DNA of 64,000 nucleotides, from assembly GCA_963678065.2 (NCBI GenBank), contig CAXXVZ010000005.1, positions 96,001 through 160,000 of the forward strand. Reading direction: 5' to 3'. Position numbers and translations under genes: made by a program. The notes beneath the pieces were generated by a model. It was not told the DNA's origin. It searched no databases and worked only from the letters and a program-made list of their open reading frames with translations. This document shows positions 37,598 to 47,120 of the stretch, in pieces. Every line of letters starts with the position of its first letter. The stretch's first letter is position 1. This DNA comes from Treponemataceae bacterium. Lineage in GTDB: Bacteria; Spirochaetota; Spirochaetia; Treponematales; Rectinemataceae.

Positions 37598-38308
37598 TCA
37601 GTGCCCCTCGCCCAGGTATGCCTTTCTGACCCTGTCGTCGGACAGGAGTTGCCGTCCCGGACCGTCGAACAGTATCCGGCCCGTCTCGAGGACATAGCCG
37701 TAATCGGCCACCTCGAGGGCGGCCTTGGCGTTCTGCTCGATGAGAAGAACCGTCGTTCCTTCCTTGTTGATTTCCCTGATGATGTCGAAGATCATCTTGA
37801 CGACGAGGGGGGCGAGTCCCAGCGAGGGCTCGTCCATCATGAGAAGCTTCGGGGCAGTCATCATGGCGCGGCCGACCGCGAGCATCTGCTGCTCGCCGCC
37901 CGAGAGAGTGCCGGCCTTCTGCTTCAGCCTCTCCCTCAGTCTCGGGAACAGGCCGAATACGCGTTCGCGGTCCCGGTTGATGGCGGTCCTGTCGTTCCTC
38001 GCGTAGGCGCCGAGGATGATATTCTCCTCGATGGTGAGGTTCGGGAAGACGTGTCGACCCTCCGGAACGAGGACGACGCCGCGCTCGACGATATCCTTCG
38101 TGGCCATTCCCGTGAGTGTTTCGCCGTTCCAGCTCACCGTGCCGCCTGAGGATTTCACGAGGCCTATGATCGAGCGGAGCGTCGTGCTCTTCCCCGCGCC
38201 GTTGGCGCCGATCAGCGTGACGACCTTGCCTTCCGGAACTTCGAGGCTGACACCCTGCAGGGCGTGAATTCCGCCGTAATGGACGGAGAGATTGTCGACT
38301 GCGAGCAT
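37598..38308 (-). CDS. livF: Branched-chain amino acid ABC transporter ATP-binding protein
   Basis: GANGAGKS, VPEGR, LSGGEQQM, DEPSLGLAP. Confidence 0.92.
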   Translation of the reverse strand: MLAVDNLSVHYGGIHALQGVSLEVPEGKVVTLIGANGAGKSTTLRSIIGLVKSSGGTVSWNGETLTGMATKDIVERGVVLVPEGRHVFPNLTIEENIILGAYARNDRTAINRDRERVFGLFPRLRERLKQKAGTLSGGEQQMLAVGRAMMTAPKLLMMDEPSLGLAPLVVKMIFDIIREINKEGTTVLLIEQNAKAALEVADYGYVLETGRILFDGPGRQLLSDDRVRKAYLGEGH

Positions 38309-39075
38309 CAGTCCACCCCCAGGTAGGCTTCTATCACTTTCTTGTCGCTGCGGATCGAGTCCGGATCTCCCTCGGCGATGGTGAGGCCGTAGTCGAGGAC
38401 GTACATGCGGTCGCAGACCCCCATGACGACCTGCATGTGGTGTTCGATGAGGAGGATGGTCAGGTCGAAGCTGTCGCGCACGTGGCGGATCAGATCCATG
38501 AGTTCGAGCGATTCCTGCGGATTCATGCCGGCGGCGGGCTCGTCAAGAAGGATCATCGAGGGTTTCGTCGCCAGCGCGCGGACGATCTCCAGGCGGCGCT
38601 GCGCCCCGTAGGGAAGGCTCGTCGCCCTCTCGCCCGCGAGTCCGGCGAGTCCGACCCGTCCGAGGAGGTCCATGGAGAAGCGGCGGGCTTCCTTCTCGCG
38701 TCTCAGGTATCCGGGAAGGTGGAGGGTCGCGCCGAAGATCCCCGTCCTTATGGAGAGATTGCAGGCGACCAGTACGTTCTCGAGGACACTCATGTCCTTG
38801 AAAAGCCTGATGTTCTGGAAGGTCCGCGCGACGCCTAGCCCGGTGATGGAGTGCGGCTTCATGCCCGTGATGTTTTTGCCTCTGTACTCGACCTTGCCGT
38901 CCGAAGGCCTGTACATCCCGGTGATGACATTGAAGGCCGTGGTCTTGCCGGCGCCGTTCGGGCCGATGAGGCCTATTATTTCATTCTTGCGGATCTCGAG
39001 GTTGAGGTCGTTCACGGCCGTCAGTCCGCCGAATTTCATGGTGACGCGGTCGGTTCTCAGCATGAGCTCAGGCAT
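38308..39075 (-). CDS. livG: Branched-chain amino acid ABC transporter ATP-binding protein
   Basis: FGGLTAV, GPNGAGKT, RTFQNIRLF, LPYGAQRRLEI, DEPAAGMN. Confidence 0.92.
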   Translation of the reverse strand: MPELMLRTDRVTMKFGGLTAVNDLNLEIRKNEIIGLIGPNGAGKTTAFNVITGMYRPSDGKVEYRGKNITGMKPHSITGLGVARTFQNIRLFKDMSVLENVLVACNLSIRTGIFGATLHLPGYLRREKEARRFSMDLLGRVGLAGLAGERATSLPYGAQRRLEIVRALATKPSMILLDEPAAGMNPQESLELMDLIRHVRDSFDLTILLIEHHMQVVMGVCDRMYVLDYGLTIAEGDPDSIRSDKKVIEAYLGVD

Positions 39076-40192
39076 GGCCGGCCCCCTTCCCTTTCGCACC
39101 GCCGGCGCCACCGATGCTGCGGGTACTACTGGTTCCGCCATTGCTGCCACTGCCGCCGGCGGGCGGACGTTTCCGGCGGAAATCCAGCATGTTCCAGGAG
39201 AACTCGCGTTTTCCCATGAGGCCGTGCTGCCTGAAAATGACGACGAGCATGAGGAGTATGGAGAAGACCACCATGCGCAGGCCCGGCAGCCCTTCCGTCT
39301 TCACGAAGATGAGGTTCATCGGCATGTCGAGGAAGCGCAGGGCCTCCATGAGGACGGTGATGACGATGGAGGCGATGACCGAACCCGTGATGGAGCCGAC
39401 CCCGCCGAGGACGACGATGAGGAGGATGTTGAAGGTCAGGGTGAAGGTGAACATCTTCGGGTCGATAGTCGTGATCATGTGGCCGAGAAGGGCGCCGCCG
39501 ACGCCGGCCCAGAAGCTCGAGACGACAAAACTCGTGACCTTGACCCTGAACACGTTGATGCCCATGGCCTCGGCGGCGATCTCGTCGTCGCGCACGGCCT
39601 TCATGGAGCGCCCGTAGCTCGAACGGATGAGGAATACCATGAAAAGAATCGCGCTCCCGGCCACAAGCCAGACTGTCCAGGTCGTGGCGAAGCGCGGCAG
39701 GCCTTTGAGCCCCTGCGCGCCGTTCGTCAGCGGCTGGAAATTGGTTATGAGGACACGGATGATTTCCGCGAAGCCGAGCGTCGCGATGGCGAGATAGTCG
39801 TCGCGAAGCCGGAGAACGGGAGCTCCGGTTATGAACCCGAAAAATGCGGCGACGAGGCCGGCGACGAGAAGCGCCGGGAGGAAGGGCAGTGTCAGGTTCT
39901 GCAGCCAGGGGACGATGGGCGTGAGGAAGAAATTCATCTCCTTGAGATCGGGCGGCATGGTGAGAAGGGCGCAGACGTAGGCGCCCACCGCCATGAAGCC
40001 GGCGTGCCCCAGCGAGAAGAGTCCCGTGAATCCGTTGAGGAGGTTGAGCGACAGCGAGAGGACGATGTAGATGGCGCAGAGGTTGAATACCCTGAGCGTG
40101 AAGGCGTCGAAGCCCTTGTCGGCATACAACAGGAAACCCGCGAAAAGAGCGACGGCGATCAGCGTGAAAACGTTGTTTCGTTTGATTTTCAT
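39068..40192 (-). CDS. livM: Branched-chain amino acid ABC transporter permease
   Basis: GLFSLGHAGFMAVGAY, RLRDDYLAIATLGFAEI, AVRDDEIAAEAMG. Confidence 0.9.
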   Translation of the reverse strand: MKIKRNNVFTLIAVALFAGFLLYADKGFDAFTLRVFNLCAIYIVLSLSLNLLNGFTGLFSLGHAGFMAVGAYVCALLTMPPDLKEMNFFLTPIVPWLQNLTLPFLPALLVAGLVAAFFGFITGAPVLRLRDDYLAIATLGFAEIIRVLITNFQPLTNGAQGLKGLPRFATTWTVWLVAGSAILFMVFLIRSSYGRSMKAVRDDEIAAEAMGINVFRVKVTSFVVSSFWAGVGGALLGHMITTIDPKMFTFTLTFNILLIVVLGGVGSITGSVIASIVITVLMEALRFLDMPMNLIFVKTEGLPGLRMVVFSILLMLVVIFRQHGLMGKREFSWNMLDFRRKRPPAGGSGSNGGTSSTRSIGGAGGAKGKGAGHA

Positions 40193-40196
40193 GGCC

Positions 40197-41090
40197 TCAC
40201 ACCTTTTCCGTCTGGCGCTTGCCGAGAAGTCCCGTCGGCTTGACGAGAAGGACAATGATGAGGAGGACGAAGGCGAAGGCATCGCGGTATCCGGAGAGCT
40301 CCGGCATGAAGGCGACGGTCAGAATTTCGATGCCGCCAAGAAGGAACCCTCCGAGGACGGCACCCTGGATGTTGCCGATGCCGCCGACGACTGCCGCGAT
40401 GAAGCACTTGAGGCCAGGCATGACGCCCATGAGAGGATTGAGCTGGGGATACTTGTAGGACCACATGATGCCGCCGAACGCGGCCAGGAGGGAGCCGATG
40501 CCGAAGGTGAAGGAGACGATCCTGTTGACATCGATGGCCATGAGGCGGGCGGCGTCCAGGTCGGTGGATACGGCGCGCATGGCCATGCCCGTCTTCGTGT
40601 GGTTCACGATCCACAGAAGGACGGCGAGGATGGCGAAGGTGAAGACAGGAATGACGAGGCTGACAACCACGACGGAGACCGATCCGAACTTGACGACGGC
40701 GCCGAGGAGCTCGGGTACATTGACTCCCTTCGGCCTTCCTCCGAAGAGGACGACACCCAAGTTCTCGATGAGGAAGGATGCGCCGATGGCGCTGATCATG
40801 ATCGAGATGCGCGGCGAATCGCGCAGAGGACGGTAGGCGACGCGCTCGAGTCCCACGCCGAACAGCGCCGTCACGACGATGGCGAGAATGAGGGCTCCCC
40901 ACCAGGGCAGGGCGAAGAGGCTGACGCCGTAGAATGCCACGTAGGCGCCGAGCATGAAGACATCGCCGTGCGCGAAATTGATCAGCCTCAGAATGCCGTA
41001 GACCATCGTGTAGCCGATGGCGATCAGGGCATAGAGACTGCCGAGGGACAAGGCGTTGGCCAGATGCTGGAGGAGCAGTGCCAGAGTCAT
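40197..41090 (-). CDS. livH: Branched-chain amino acid ABC transporter permease
   Basis: GSLYALIAIGYTMVYGILRLINFAHG, AAVVGGIG, KPTGLLG. Confidence 0.92.
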   Translation of the reverse strand: MTLALLLQHLANALSLGSLYALIAIGYTMVYGILRLINFAHGDVFMLGAYVAFYGVSLFALPWWGALILAIVVTALFGVGLERVAYRPLRDSPRISIMISAIGASFLIENLGVVLFGGRPKGVNVPELLGAVVKFGSVSVVVVSLVIPVFTFAILAVLLWIVNHTKTGMAMRAVSTDLDAARLMAIDVNRIVSFTFGIGSLLAAFGGIMWSYKYPQLNPLMGVMPGLKCFIAAVVGGIGNIQGAVLGGFLLGGIEILTVAFMPELSGYRDAFAFVLLIIVLLVKPTGLLGKRQTEKV

Positions 41091-41201
41091 GCGACCTCAT
41101 TCGTGTACGAGATGGAAGGGAGTATCCGCTCCATCTCGCGCATCGTCCGGATGGAATCGGGGGACCGCGCCTGTCCTCCGCTCGGAAAGGAAATGCAGCG
41201 A

Positions 41202-41232
41202 GGGCGACCCGGGCAGGGGCCCGGGCCGCCCC
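41202..41232 (-). terminator. Intercistronic stem-loop after the liv substrate-binding gene
   Basis: GGGCG-A-CCCGGGC-AGGG-GCCCGGG-C-CGCCC. Confidence 0.45.
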
Positions 41233-41245
41233 GCGGAGTGAAGGA

Positions 41246-42382
41246 TCAGGGCTGGACTGTGGTCAGGTAGCTGAATTTGCCGTCCTTGACGACCTTGATG
41301 ACGGCGCTCTTCACGGCGTCGCCCTCGGCGTCGAGGGTGATCATGCCGGCCGCGCCGGGGAAGTCCTTGGTCACGGCGATGGCGTCGCGGATCTTCACGG
41401 TGTCGATGCTCTTGGCCTTCTCGATGGCGGCGCGGGCGACGAGGTAGCCGTCGAATCCAAGGGCCGTGACGGCGGCCGGCTCTTTCGAGTACTTCTTGCG
41501 GTAGGCGTCGAGGAAGACTTTGCTCATCGGGGTGATGGGAACCTCGGTGGCGAAGAAGGTGGAGAAGACGGCGCCTTCGACATTCTTCTTGCCGACATCG
41601 AGGAACTCGGGGGTCTCCCAGGTGTCTCCGCCGAGGAAGGGCGTAGTGATGCCTAGTTCGCGGGCCTGCTTCATGACGAGCGCGCTCTCAGTGAAGTTGC
41701 CGGGGGCGAAGATGACGTCGGGCTTGAATTTTTTGATCTCGGTGAGCTGGGCGGAGAAGTCTGTGTCGCCGGTGTTGTAGTTGAGGGTGGTGAGGATGGC
41801 GTTCTTGTCGCCCGTGAGCTTCACGAAGGCGTCGGAGAAGAACTTCGCGAGTCCGACGGAGTAGTCGTTGGAGATTTCGCGGACGATGACGGCCTTCCTG
41901 GCCTTCACTTCCTTGAACGCGTAGTTGGCCATCACGGTGCCCTGGAAGGGATCGAGGAAGCAGACGCGGAAATAGTACTCGTTGCCCTTGGTGACGAGGG
42001 GATTCGTGCAGGAGAGCCCGACCGCGGGAACCTTGGCCTGTTTGACGATGGGACCCGCGGCCATGGAGAGGGAGGAACCCCACGACCCGAGGACTACCTG
42101 AACCTTGTCCCTGTCGACGAGACGCTGGGCCGCGTTGGCGGCTTCGACCTTGTCGGATTTGTTGTCGGCGATGACCAGCTCGATCTTGTAGGTCTTGTCC
42201 CCGACCTTGACGGTGGGATAGAGATCGTTGGCGAGTTTGATGCCTTCGACTTCGAGTTCGCCGCCGCCGGCGTTGGCGCCGGTCAGGGGTTCGAATACGC
42301 CGAATTTGATGACTGGGTCCGCCGCCCATGCCGCCGCGGAAATCAGCGCGAGGGCCACGAAGATCAAGCCAAGCTTCTTCAT
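41246..42382 (-). CDS. Branched-chain amino acid ABC transporter substrate-binding protein (LivJ/LivK family)
   Basis: Signal peptide; GVFEPLTG, DNKSD, FRVCFLDPFQG, DFSAQLT, GGDTW. Confidence 0.9.
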   Translation of the reverse strand: MKKLGLIFVALALISAAAWAADPVIKFGVFEPLTGANAGGGELEVEGIKLANDLYPTVKVGDKTYKIELVIADNKSDKVEAANAAQRLVDRDKVQVVLGSWGSSLSMAAGPIVKQAKVPAVGLSCTNPLVTKGNEYYFRVCFLDPFQGTVMANYAFKEVKARKAVIVREISNDYSVGLAKFFSDAFVKLTGDKNAILTTLNYNTGDTDFSAQLTEIKKFKPDVIFAPGNFTESALVMKQARELGITTPFLGGDTWETPEFLDVGKKNVEGAVFSTFFATEVPITPMSKVFLDAYRKKYSKEPAAVTALGFDGYLVARAAIEKAKSIDTVKIRDAIAVTKDFPGAAGMITLDAEGDAVKSAVIKVVKDGKFSYLTTVQP

Positions 42383-42430
42383 CAGGTGCCTCCTGTTTTT
42401 TCTCCGTACACTCCGGCACGGGGTTTTTAA

Positions 42431-42509
42431 ATGGTACGGCATAGTCCGGCATCTGTCAATTTCAATTATTGAGCTAAAGGGTTCAATAATAGTGAAATAT
42501 GATTTCAAT
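42431..42509 (-). promoter_or_regulatory. liv promoter with phased upstream TTCAAT repeats
   Basis: Minus strand TTGACA(42459)-N17-TACCAT; TTCAAT at 42461, 42482 and 42504. Confidence 0.5.
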
Positions 42510-42604
42510 TGCTGACATCGCCCTGAGGTCCGGACAAAAAAAGTACGGACCAGAAAGGCTCAGGATAGCGCTTGAGGGGATTCAGGATGTGGAGTCGGGG
42601 CGGT

Positions 42605-43222
42605 TCAGGCTCCCTCCGACTCGGAGAATCGGAAATTCCGTTCGTGGGGCTGGATGCAGAGCTCGTAGGCTCGGGACATGGACTTCCTGAAGATGTCGGG
42701 ACTCATGTTGCTCCGTCCCTGTATGGCATTGAGGACGAGCGCGTTCGCGAGGACCTGGAACATATACAGATCGGAGTGGATGAGTTCCAGGTCAGCCTCC
42801 GGGCGCGCGTACTTCTTGACGAACAGGAAGACAGCGGCATAGCGGGTATAGATTTCCGGATTCTGCTGGAGCTGATTGAGATTCGAATTGAAAATGAATG
42901 TGTACAGGTGGGGACGGGCGAGGCCGAAACCGATAAGGTAGTCGGTCATCAGATTGTAGACCTTGAGGGGATTACCGTTTTTCCTGCCGTAGCTCTCGAG
43001 GTCATCCGGCAATCCGGACCAGAACAGGTCGTAGCCCTTGATGACCACCTGCGCGATGATGGCGTCACGGTTCTCGAAGTAGTTGTAGAGGGTCATCGCG
43101 GAGATGTTCAGCTCGGCCGCGAGCTTGCGCGTGGAGAATTGTTCGTAGCCGTTGGTTTCGATCAGGTCGAGGGCTTTGTCGACAATCAGATTCGTGTCAA
43201 CGATTTTCTTGCTTCTGCCCAT
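42605..43222 (-). CDS. TetR/AcrR-family transcriptional regulator
   Basis: N-terminal HTH FSTRKLAAELNISAMTLYNYFENR; RBS GGAGG. Confidence 0.9.
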   Translation of the reverse strand: MGRSKKIVDTNLIVDKALDLIETNGYEQFSTRKLAAELNISAMTLYNYFENRDAIIAQVVIKGYDLFWSGLPDDLESYGRKNGNPLKVYNLMTDYLIGFGLARPHLYTFIFNSNLNQLQQNPEIYTRYAAVFLFVKKYARPEADLELIHSDLYMFQVLANALVLNAIQGRSNMSPDIFRKSMSRAYELCIQPHERNFRFSESEGA

Positions 43223-43435
43223 GCCACCCTCCTGAAAATCGAGGTCGGTTGGTCGCCTGAATCGACACTATAAATATAATCTTTTTTTATGATATCCGGG
43301 TCAATAGCTGTCGGGAATATTTCTATACATATAAGTCAAAATATAACACAAAAATCGTTTCCGGATTCCGCCCGGTGCCCCTCGCAGACCAAAAACTGAA
43401 GATTTGCCCGGAAGCATCCGATACTAGACATATCT

Positions 43436-44572
43436 TTGCTATGGAGTCATGAACCCTTGGAATACTCCGATATGCTCACGATTGGCGGAAGTTTCCGCGA
43501 TGCGGAAACCGAAGCGAGATTCAGGGAGAAGGAGCTGGTCGCCATGCGGCCCATGCTATCCATCCTCGTTCCGGGTCTCGGTCTGGCTTTCGCCTGTTTT
43601 GCGCTGCCGGACTACCTCGTCCTGGGAATGGGCGCGGATTTCCTGATCGCCGCGGCGGCGCGGGCGCTTTTCCTCGTCACCTGCCTGATCGCCACTCCCG
43701 GGCTGCTGCGCGGCGGTGGGTTCAGAAAACACACATTCCGGAAACATGCCGAGCGTCTTGTGACCATGGTGAGTGTCACCGGCGCGACGGCGTTTTCAGT
43801 CATCCTCTTCCTCTATCGGAACGGAAACTACTACCTCCAGGCGATGAGCGTCCTCATCATGATCGCCGGACTTTTTCTCATGCCGAACCGCCTCAGGGTC
43901 TCCTGTGCGCTCGCAGGGCTCATCGCCGGATCGGGCCTGGCCAGCATCCCATTTCTTGAATCGGGACTTGAATCCCAGGAAATCCCGGCCATCTTCGTGG
44001 ACTACGCCCTGGCCACAGCGGTCGGGCTTGTGGCCGCCTGGAGGACAGCGCAGGCGCGCAGGCTGGAATTCGCCCACGCGGAGGAACTTGAGCGGATTTC
44101 CGGCACGGATCCTCTGACTGGCCTTGCAAACAGGCGCGCATTCGAGCGGTGCATGAACGAGCTGCTGGAAAAAAACCGCGCCTGCGGAGGCAGGGCATCG
44201 CTCGGCGTACTCGACCTGGACAATCTGAAACCGGTGAACGACCGCTACGGGCATGAGGCGGGGGATGCTGTCCTCAGGGAAACGGCGGGCTGCCTCAAAA
44301 CGATGCTGGGCGCCTCAGGCTATGCGGCACGCTGGGGAGGCGACGAGATGGTGTTTCTCGTGAAAGACTCGGGGCTCGAAAAGGCCTCCGTTCTCGCCGA
44401 AGCCATCAGGAAGGCTTTCGAGGCGATGCGGCTGGAGCAGGGCATCCGCGTCACGGCCAGTTTCGGCATCACCGTCCTCGAGCCGAATGACGACCCCAAG
44501 AGCGCCGTTGCCAGAGCGGACAAAGCGCTCTACAAGGCGAAGGCATCGGGAAGGAACAGAGTCGAAACCTGA
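43436..44572 (+). CDS. Membrane-bound diguanylate cyclase (GGDEF)
   Basis: About six TM helices, then TDPLTGLANRR, DLDNLKPVNDRYGH, RWGGDEM, ADKALY; start uncertain. Confidence 0.88.
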   Translation: MLWSHEPLEYSDMLTIGGSFRDAETEARFREKELVAMRPMLSILVPGLGLAFACFALPDYLVLGMGADFLIAAAARALFLVTCLIATPGLLRGGGFRKHTFRKHAERLVTMVSVTGATAFSVILFLYRNGNYYLQAMSVLIMIAGLFLMPNRLRVSCALAGLIAGSGLASIPFLESGLESQEIPAIFVDYALATAVGLVAAWRTAQARRLEFAHAEELERISGTDPLTGLANRRAFERCMNELLEKNRACGGRASLGVLDLDNLKPVNDRYGHEAGDAVLRETAGCLKTMLGASGYAARWGGDEMVFLVKDSGLEKASVLAEAIRKAFEAMRLEQGIRVTASFGITVLEPNDDPKSAVARADKALYKAKASGRNRVET

Positions 44573-44610
44573 CAGACCGCGGGAACTGGGCCGGCCTGTG
44601 CGACGGAGAA

Positions 44611-44652
44611 TTGACAGGCGGCCGTGGCTGCTTGACAGGCCGCCGTGGCTGC
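44611..44652 (+). repeat. 2 x 21-bp tandem repeat
   Basis: TTGACAGGCGGCCGTGGCTGC / TTGACAGGCCGCCGTGGCTGC (one mismatch). Confidence 0.7.
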
Positions 44653-44701
44653 AAAACAGGACGGCGGCCGCAGGACGATGATCCCCGAGATCCCGGGGGT
44701 T

Positions 44702-45046
44702 TTACTTTCCCGCCGAGAGGGCTTCTTCCCGGGTTTCGTGGATGTCGAGGATCTTGTGCAGACGCACGAGCTCGAACAGGACGCGGATGGGCTTGGAGAC
44801 GCAGCAGACCCTGAAATCCCCGCCCCGTTCTCCGATTCCGCGCATGATGGAGAGAATGGAGCCAAGTCCGGCCGAATCGATGAAATTGACGCCCGTCAGA
44901 TCGAGCACGACTTTTTTGACAGGCTGGACCAGGGGCGCCGACTGGGCGCGGAAATCGGCGACATTGGATGCGTCGATATGGTCGCTGGAGATAAGAAGCA
45001 CGAGTCTGTCTCCCGCCTGCTCTCCGCTCACGATGTATTTGCTCAT
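44702..45046 (-). CDS. STAS-domain anti-sigma factor antagonist
   Basis: VVLDLTGVNFIDSAGLG with conserved Ser; RBS GAGGAG. Confidence 0.9.
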   Translation of the reverse strand: MSKYIVSGEQAGDRLVLLISSDHIDASNVADFRAQSAPLVQPVKKVVLDLTGVNFIDSAGLGSILSIMRGIGERGGDFRVCCVSKPIRVLFELVRLHKILDIHETREEALSAGK

Positions 45047-45095
45047 GAAAAACTCCTCATGCCCATTTGTCAGAGGAACTATACACCCGCTCCCC

Positions 45096-46382
45096 TCACG
45101 ATGCAACATCGCCCGTCAGAAGCGCCCGGATGATTTTCCGGTTCAGCGAACGCGGGTCGGCATATTTCTGTCCCGAGGCCTGCCAGGCCTCCGCCGCGAA
45201 GCACTCCCACTCGTCGCAATCCGGAGGAAGCGTCACCCATTCCCCGAGCAGGCCCATCGTAGAAGTCAGGGCGATCGAAGCGTGCAGCTCCGAGAGGGCA
45301 TCCATCCTCTCCGGGCTCCGCGGCGGAAGTCCCCAAAGGGCCACTCCGCCCGCCGCGACGTTGACGAGGGAAGGCAGGAAATCGGAGAAGAATCGCGGAA
45401 CGCTGGAGGAAAAGGCGGCTGGTCGCCGGTAGATCCGGTGGCGCCACCGGGAGCGGGGACCGCGGTCGGGTGTCGCGACGATGTGTTCCCGGCGGTAGAG
45501 CGGCCGCTTTCCCGACAGAGAGGCTATGGTCATGGCGGGAAAAAGGACGGGCGCGGCGAGGCCGAGGGCGAGGATCGCCCAGAGCCGCTCGGAGATGGAG
45601 GCCGGCGATGGCTGGACCCGCCAAGAGCTCGCTATCAATGTGTCATCCAGCACGATGGCCGCATCGGACTTCGGTTTGTACACCGATCCGCCATCCACGA
45701 CAGCGTCCCTGATCTCGAGACCGTCGCCGAGGAAAGTCCAGGGAAGGACCACAGAGGAAGCCACTTCAGTCCCGTTTCCGACGATTACGCCGCGCTCGAG
45801 CACTGCGTCGGGGCCCACGACAGCCCCGGGACCGATCTCGACGCCTTCCGCGAGAAAGACGGGTGGGTTGATCCTGGCAGTCGGGTGGATGCTCACGTGG
45901 TGGGAAATCCTGACACCCGCCGACCTCTCCCGGCCGGGAGGCACCATGCCGGGGAGTTTACCGCGCAGGAGGGCGATGGATTCGTCCATGAAGCCCCCCA
46001 GAGTGAATACATCGGGAACGGGAGCTTCCCCGAAGAGGGACTCCGCTCCCGGCATCACGGGATAGCGCAGGCAATCGAAAACGGAGGCTCCGCCCCAGGC
46101 CGAGGCCAAGTCCTGTGCCCGCTTTTCCGGATCGGCGTCCGACTTGCACAAGGCTGTCGATATCTTCACGCCCCAGCGCTCTCCGGCTCCGAGCACGGCC
46201 CTGAAACGCTCGGGCTCTTCCCGAAGGAGAAAGCGCAGATCCCGGTAACCTTTGTCCGAGAGCAACTCTACCGCGCGCTGGATCACCGGGCGCCCTGCCA
46301 CAGGAAGAAACTCCGCCAGGGTCGGCAGGATTACCCCGCCGGTCTCGAGATGCCTTCCCACGGCGATGATGACGGCTTTCAT
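45096..46382 (-). CDS. Fusion of degenerate NDP-sugar-synthase-like domain, hexapeptide beta-helix and degenerate sugar-transferase-like domain
   Basis: MKAVIIAVG...FLPVAGRPVI; IHPTARINPPVFLAEGVEIGPGAVVG; TM helix then DFLPSLVNVAAGGVALWG. Confidence 0.6.
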   Translation of the reverse strand: MKAVIIAVGRHLETGGVILPTLAEFLPVAGRPVIQRAVELLSDKGYRDLRFLLREEPERFRAVLGAGERWGVKISTALCKSDADPEKRAQDLASAWGGASVFDCLRYPVMPGAESLFGEAPVPDVFTLGGFMDESIALLRGKLPGMVPPGRERSAGVRISHHVSIHPTARINPPVFLAEGVEIGPGAVVGPDAVLERGVIVGNGTEVASSVVLPWTFLGDGLEIRDAVVDGGSVYKPKSDAAIVLDDTLIASSWRVQPSPASISERLWAILALGLAAPVLFPAMTIASLSGKRPLYRREHIVATPDRGPRSRWRHRIYRRPAAFSSSVPRFFSDFLPSLVNVAAGGVALWGLPPRSPERMDALSELHASIALTSTMGLLGEWVTLPPDCDEWECFAAEAWQASGQKYADPRSLNRKIIRALLTGDVAS

Positions 46383-47119
46383 GCGCGGCCTCCGCTTCGT
46401 CCCATCCAGATCGAACGGGTCAGGAATATGATATTTCCGAGAAGATACCTGCGCCACATCCGCGCGGGCTCCATGGCCAGGCGGAAAACCCACTCGATTC
46501 CGACCGACCGCATCCAGAGCGGGGCTCGCGGCATGCGGTCGGAGTAGAAGTCGAAGAGTCCGCCCACGGCGAGAACCGCCGCAACCCCGGATTCCCGCGC
46601 CCATGCGTCGATCCAGAGCTCCTGGCGCGGCACGCCCATGCCGACAAAGAGGACATCGGCCCTTGAATCGCGCACCTCGCGGGCGGCGACCGCCGGATCG
46701 GAAAAGAAACCGGAGCGGAAACCCGCGATCTTCACCGCAGGCCACTTCTCCCCGACCTTCGCCGCGAGAGCCTCCACGACTTCGCGCTTCGCGCCGAGGA
46801 AAAAGACGGAGGAGCCTGTTTTTCCGAATCGGTCCATGAGGAGGGGAAAGAGGTCCGTGCCGTTGACATTGGGGACTTTGCCGATGCGCTGTATCCTGGC
46901 GGCGGCGGCCACGCCCGAACCATCGGCGAACACGAGGTCGGCCCTTTCAAGGGCAGCGCGGTATTCAGGCCTTTTCCACGCCACGTTCGCGCAGTGGGCG
47001 TTGAGGAAATAGATCCGGGAACAGCCCGCGTGAGTCCGGGCGGCTTTGTCGACGATATCCACGGCCTCGCCGATTTCCACCCTGTCCACGGGCAGTTTCT
47101 GTATCCTGACCCTCTCCAT
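46379..47119 (-). CDS. WecB/TagA/CpsF-family glycosyltransferase
   Basis: ADGSGV, NGTDL, FVGMGVPRQELWI, GGLFDF, RAPLWMR, EWVFRL..EP.R..RRY. Confidence 0.92.
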   Translation of the reverse strand: MERVRIQKLPVDRVEIGEAVDIVDKAARTHAGCSRIYFLNAHCANVAWKRPEYRAALERADLVFADGSGVAAAARIQRIGKVPNVNGTDLFPLLMDRFGKTGSSVFFLGAKREVVEALAAKVGEKWPAVKIAGFRSGFFSDPAVAAREVRDSRADVLFVGMGVPRQELWIDAWARESGVAAVLAVGGLFDFYSDRMPRAPLWMRSVGIEWVFRLAMEPARMWRRYLLGNIIFLTRSIWMGRSGGRA

Positions 47120-47120
47120 G

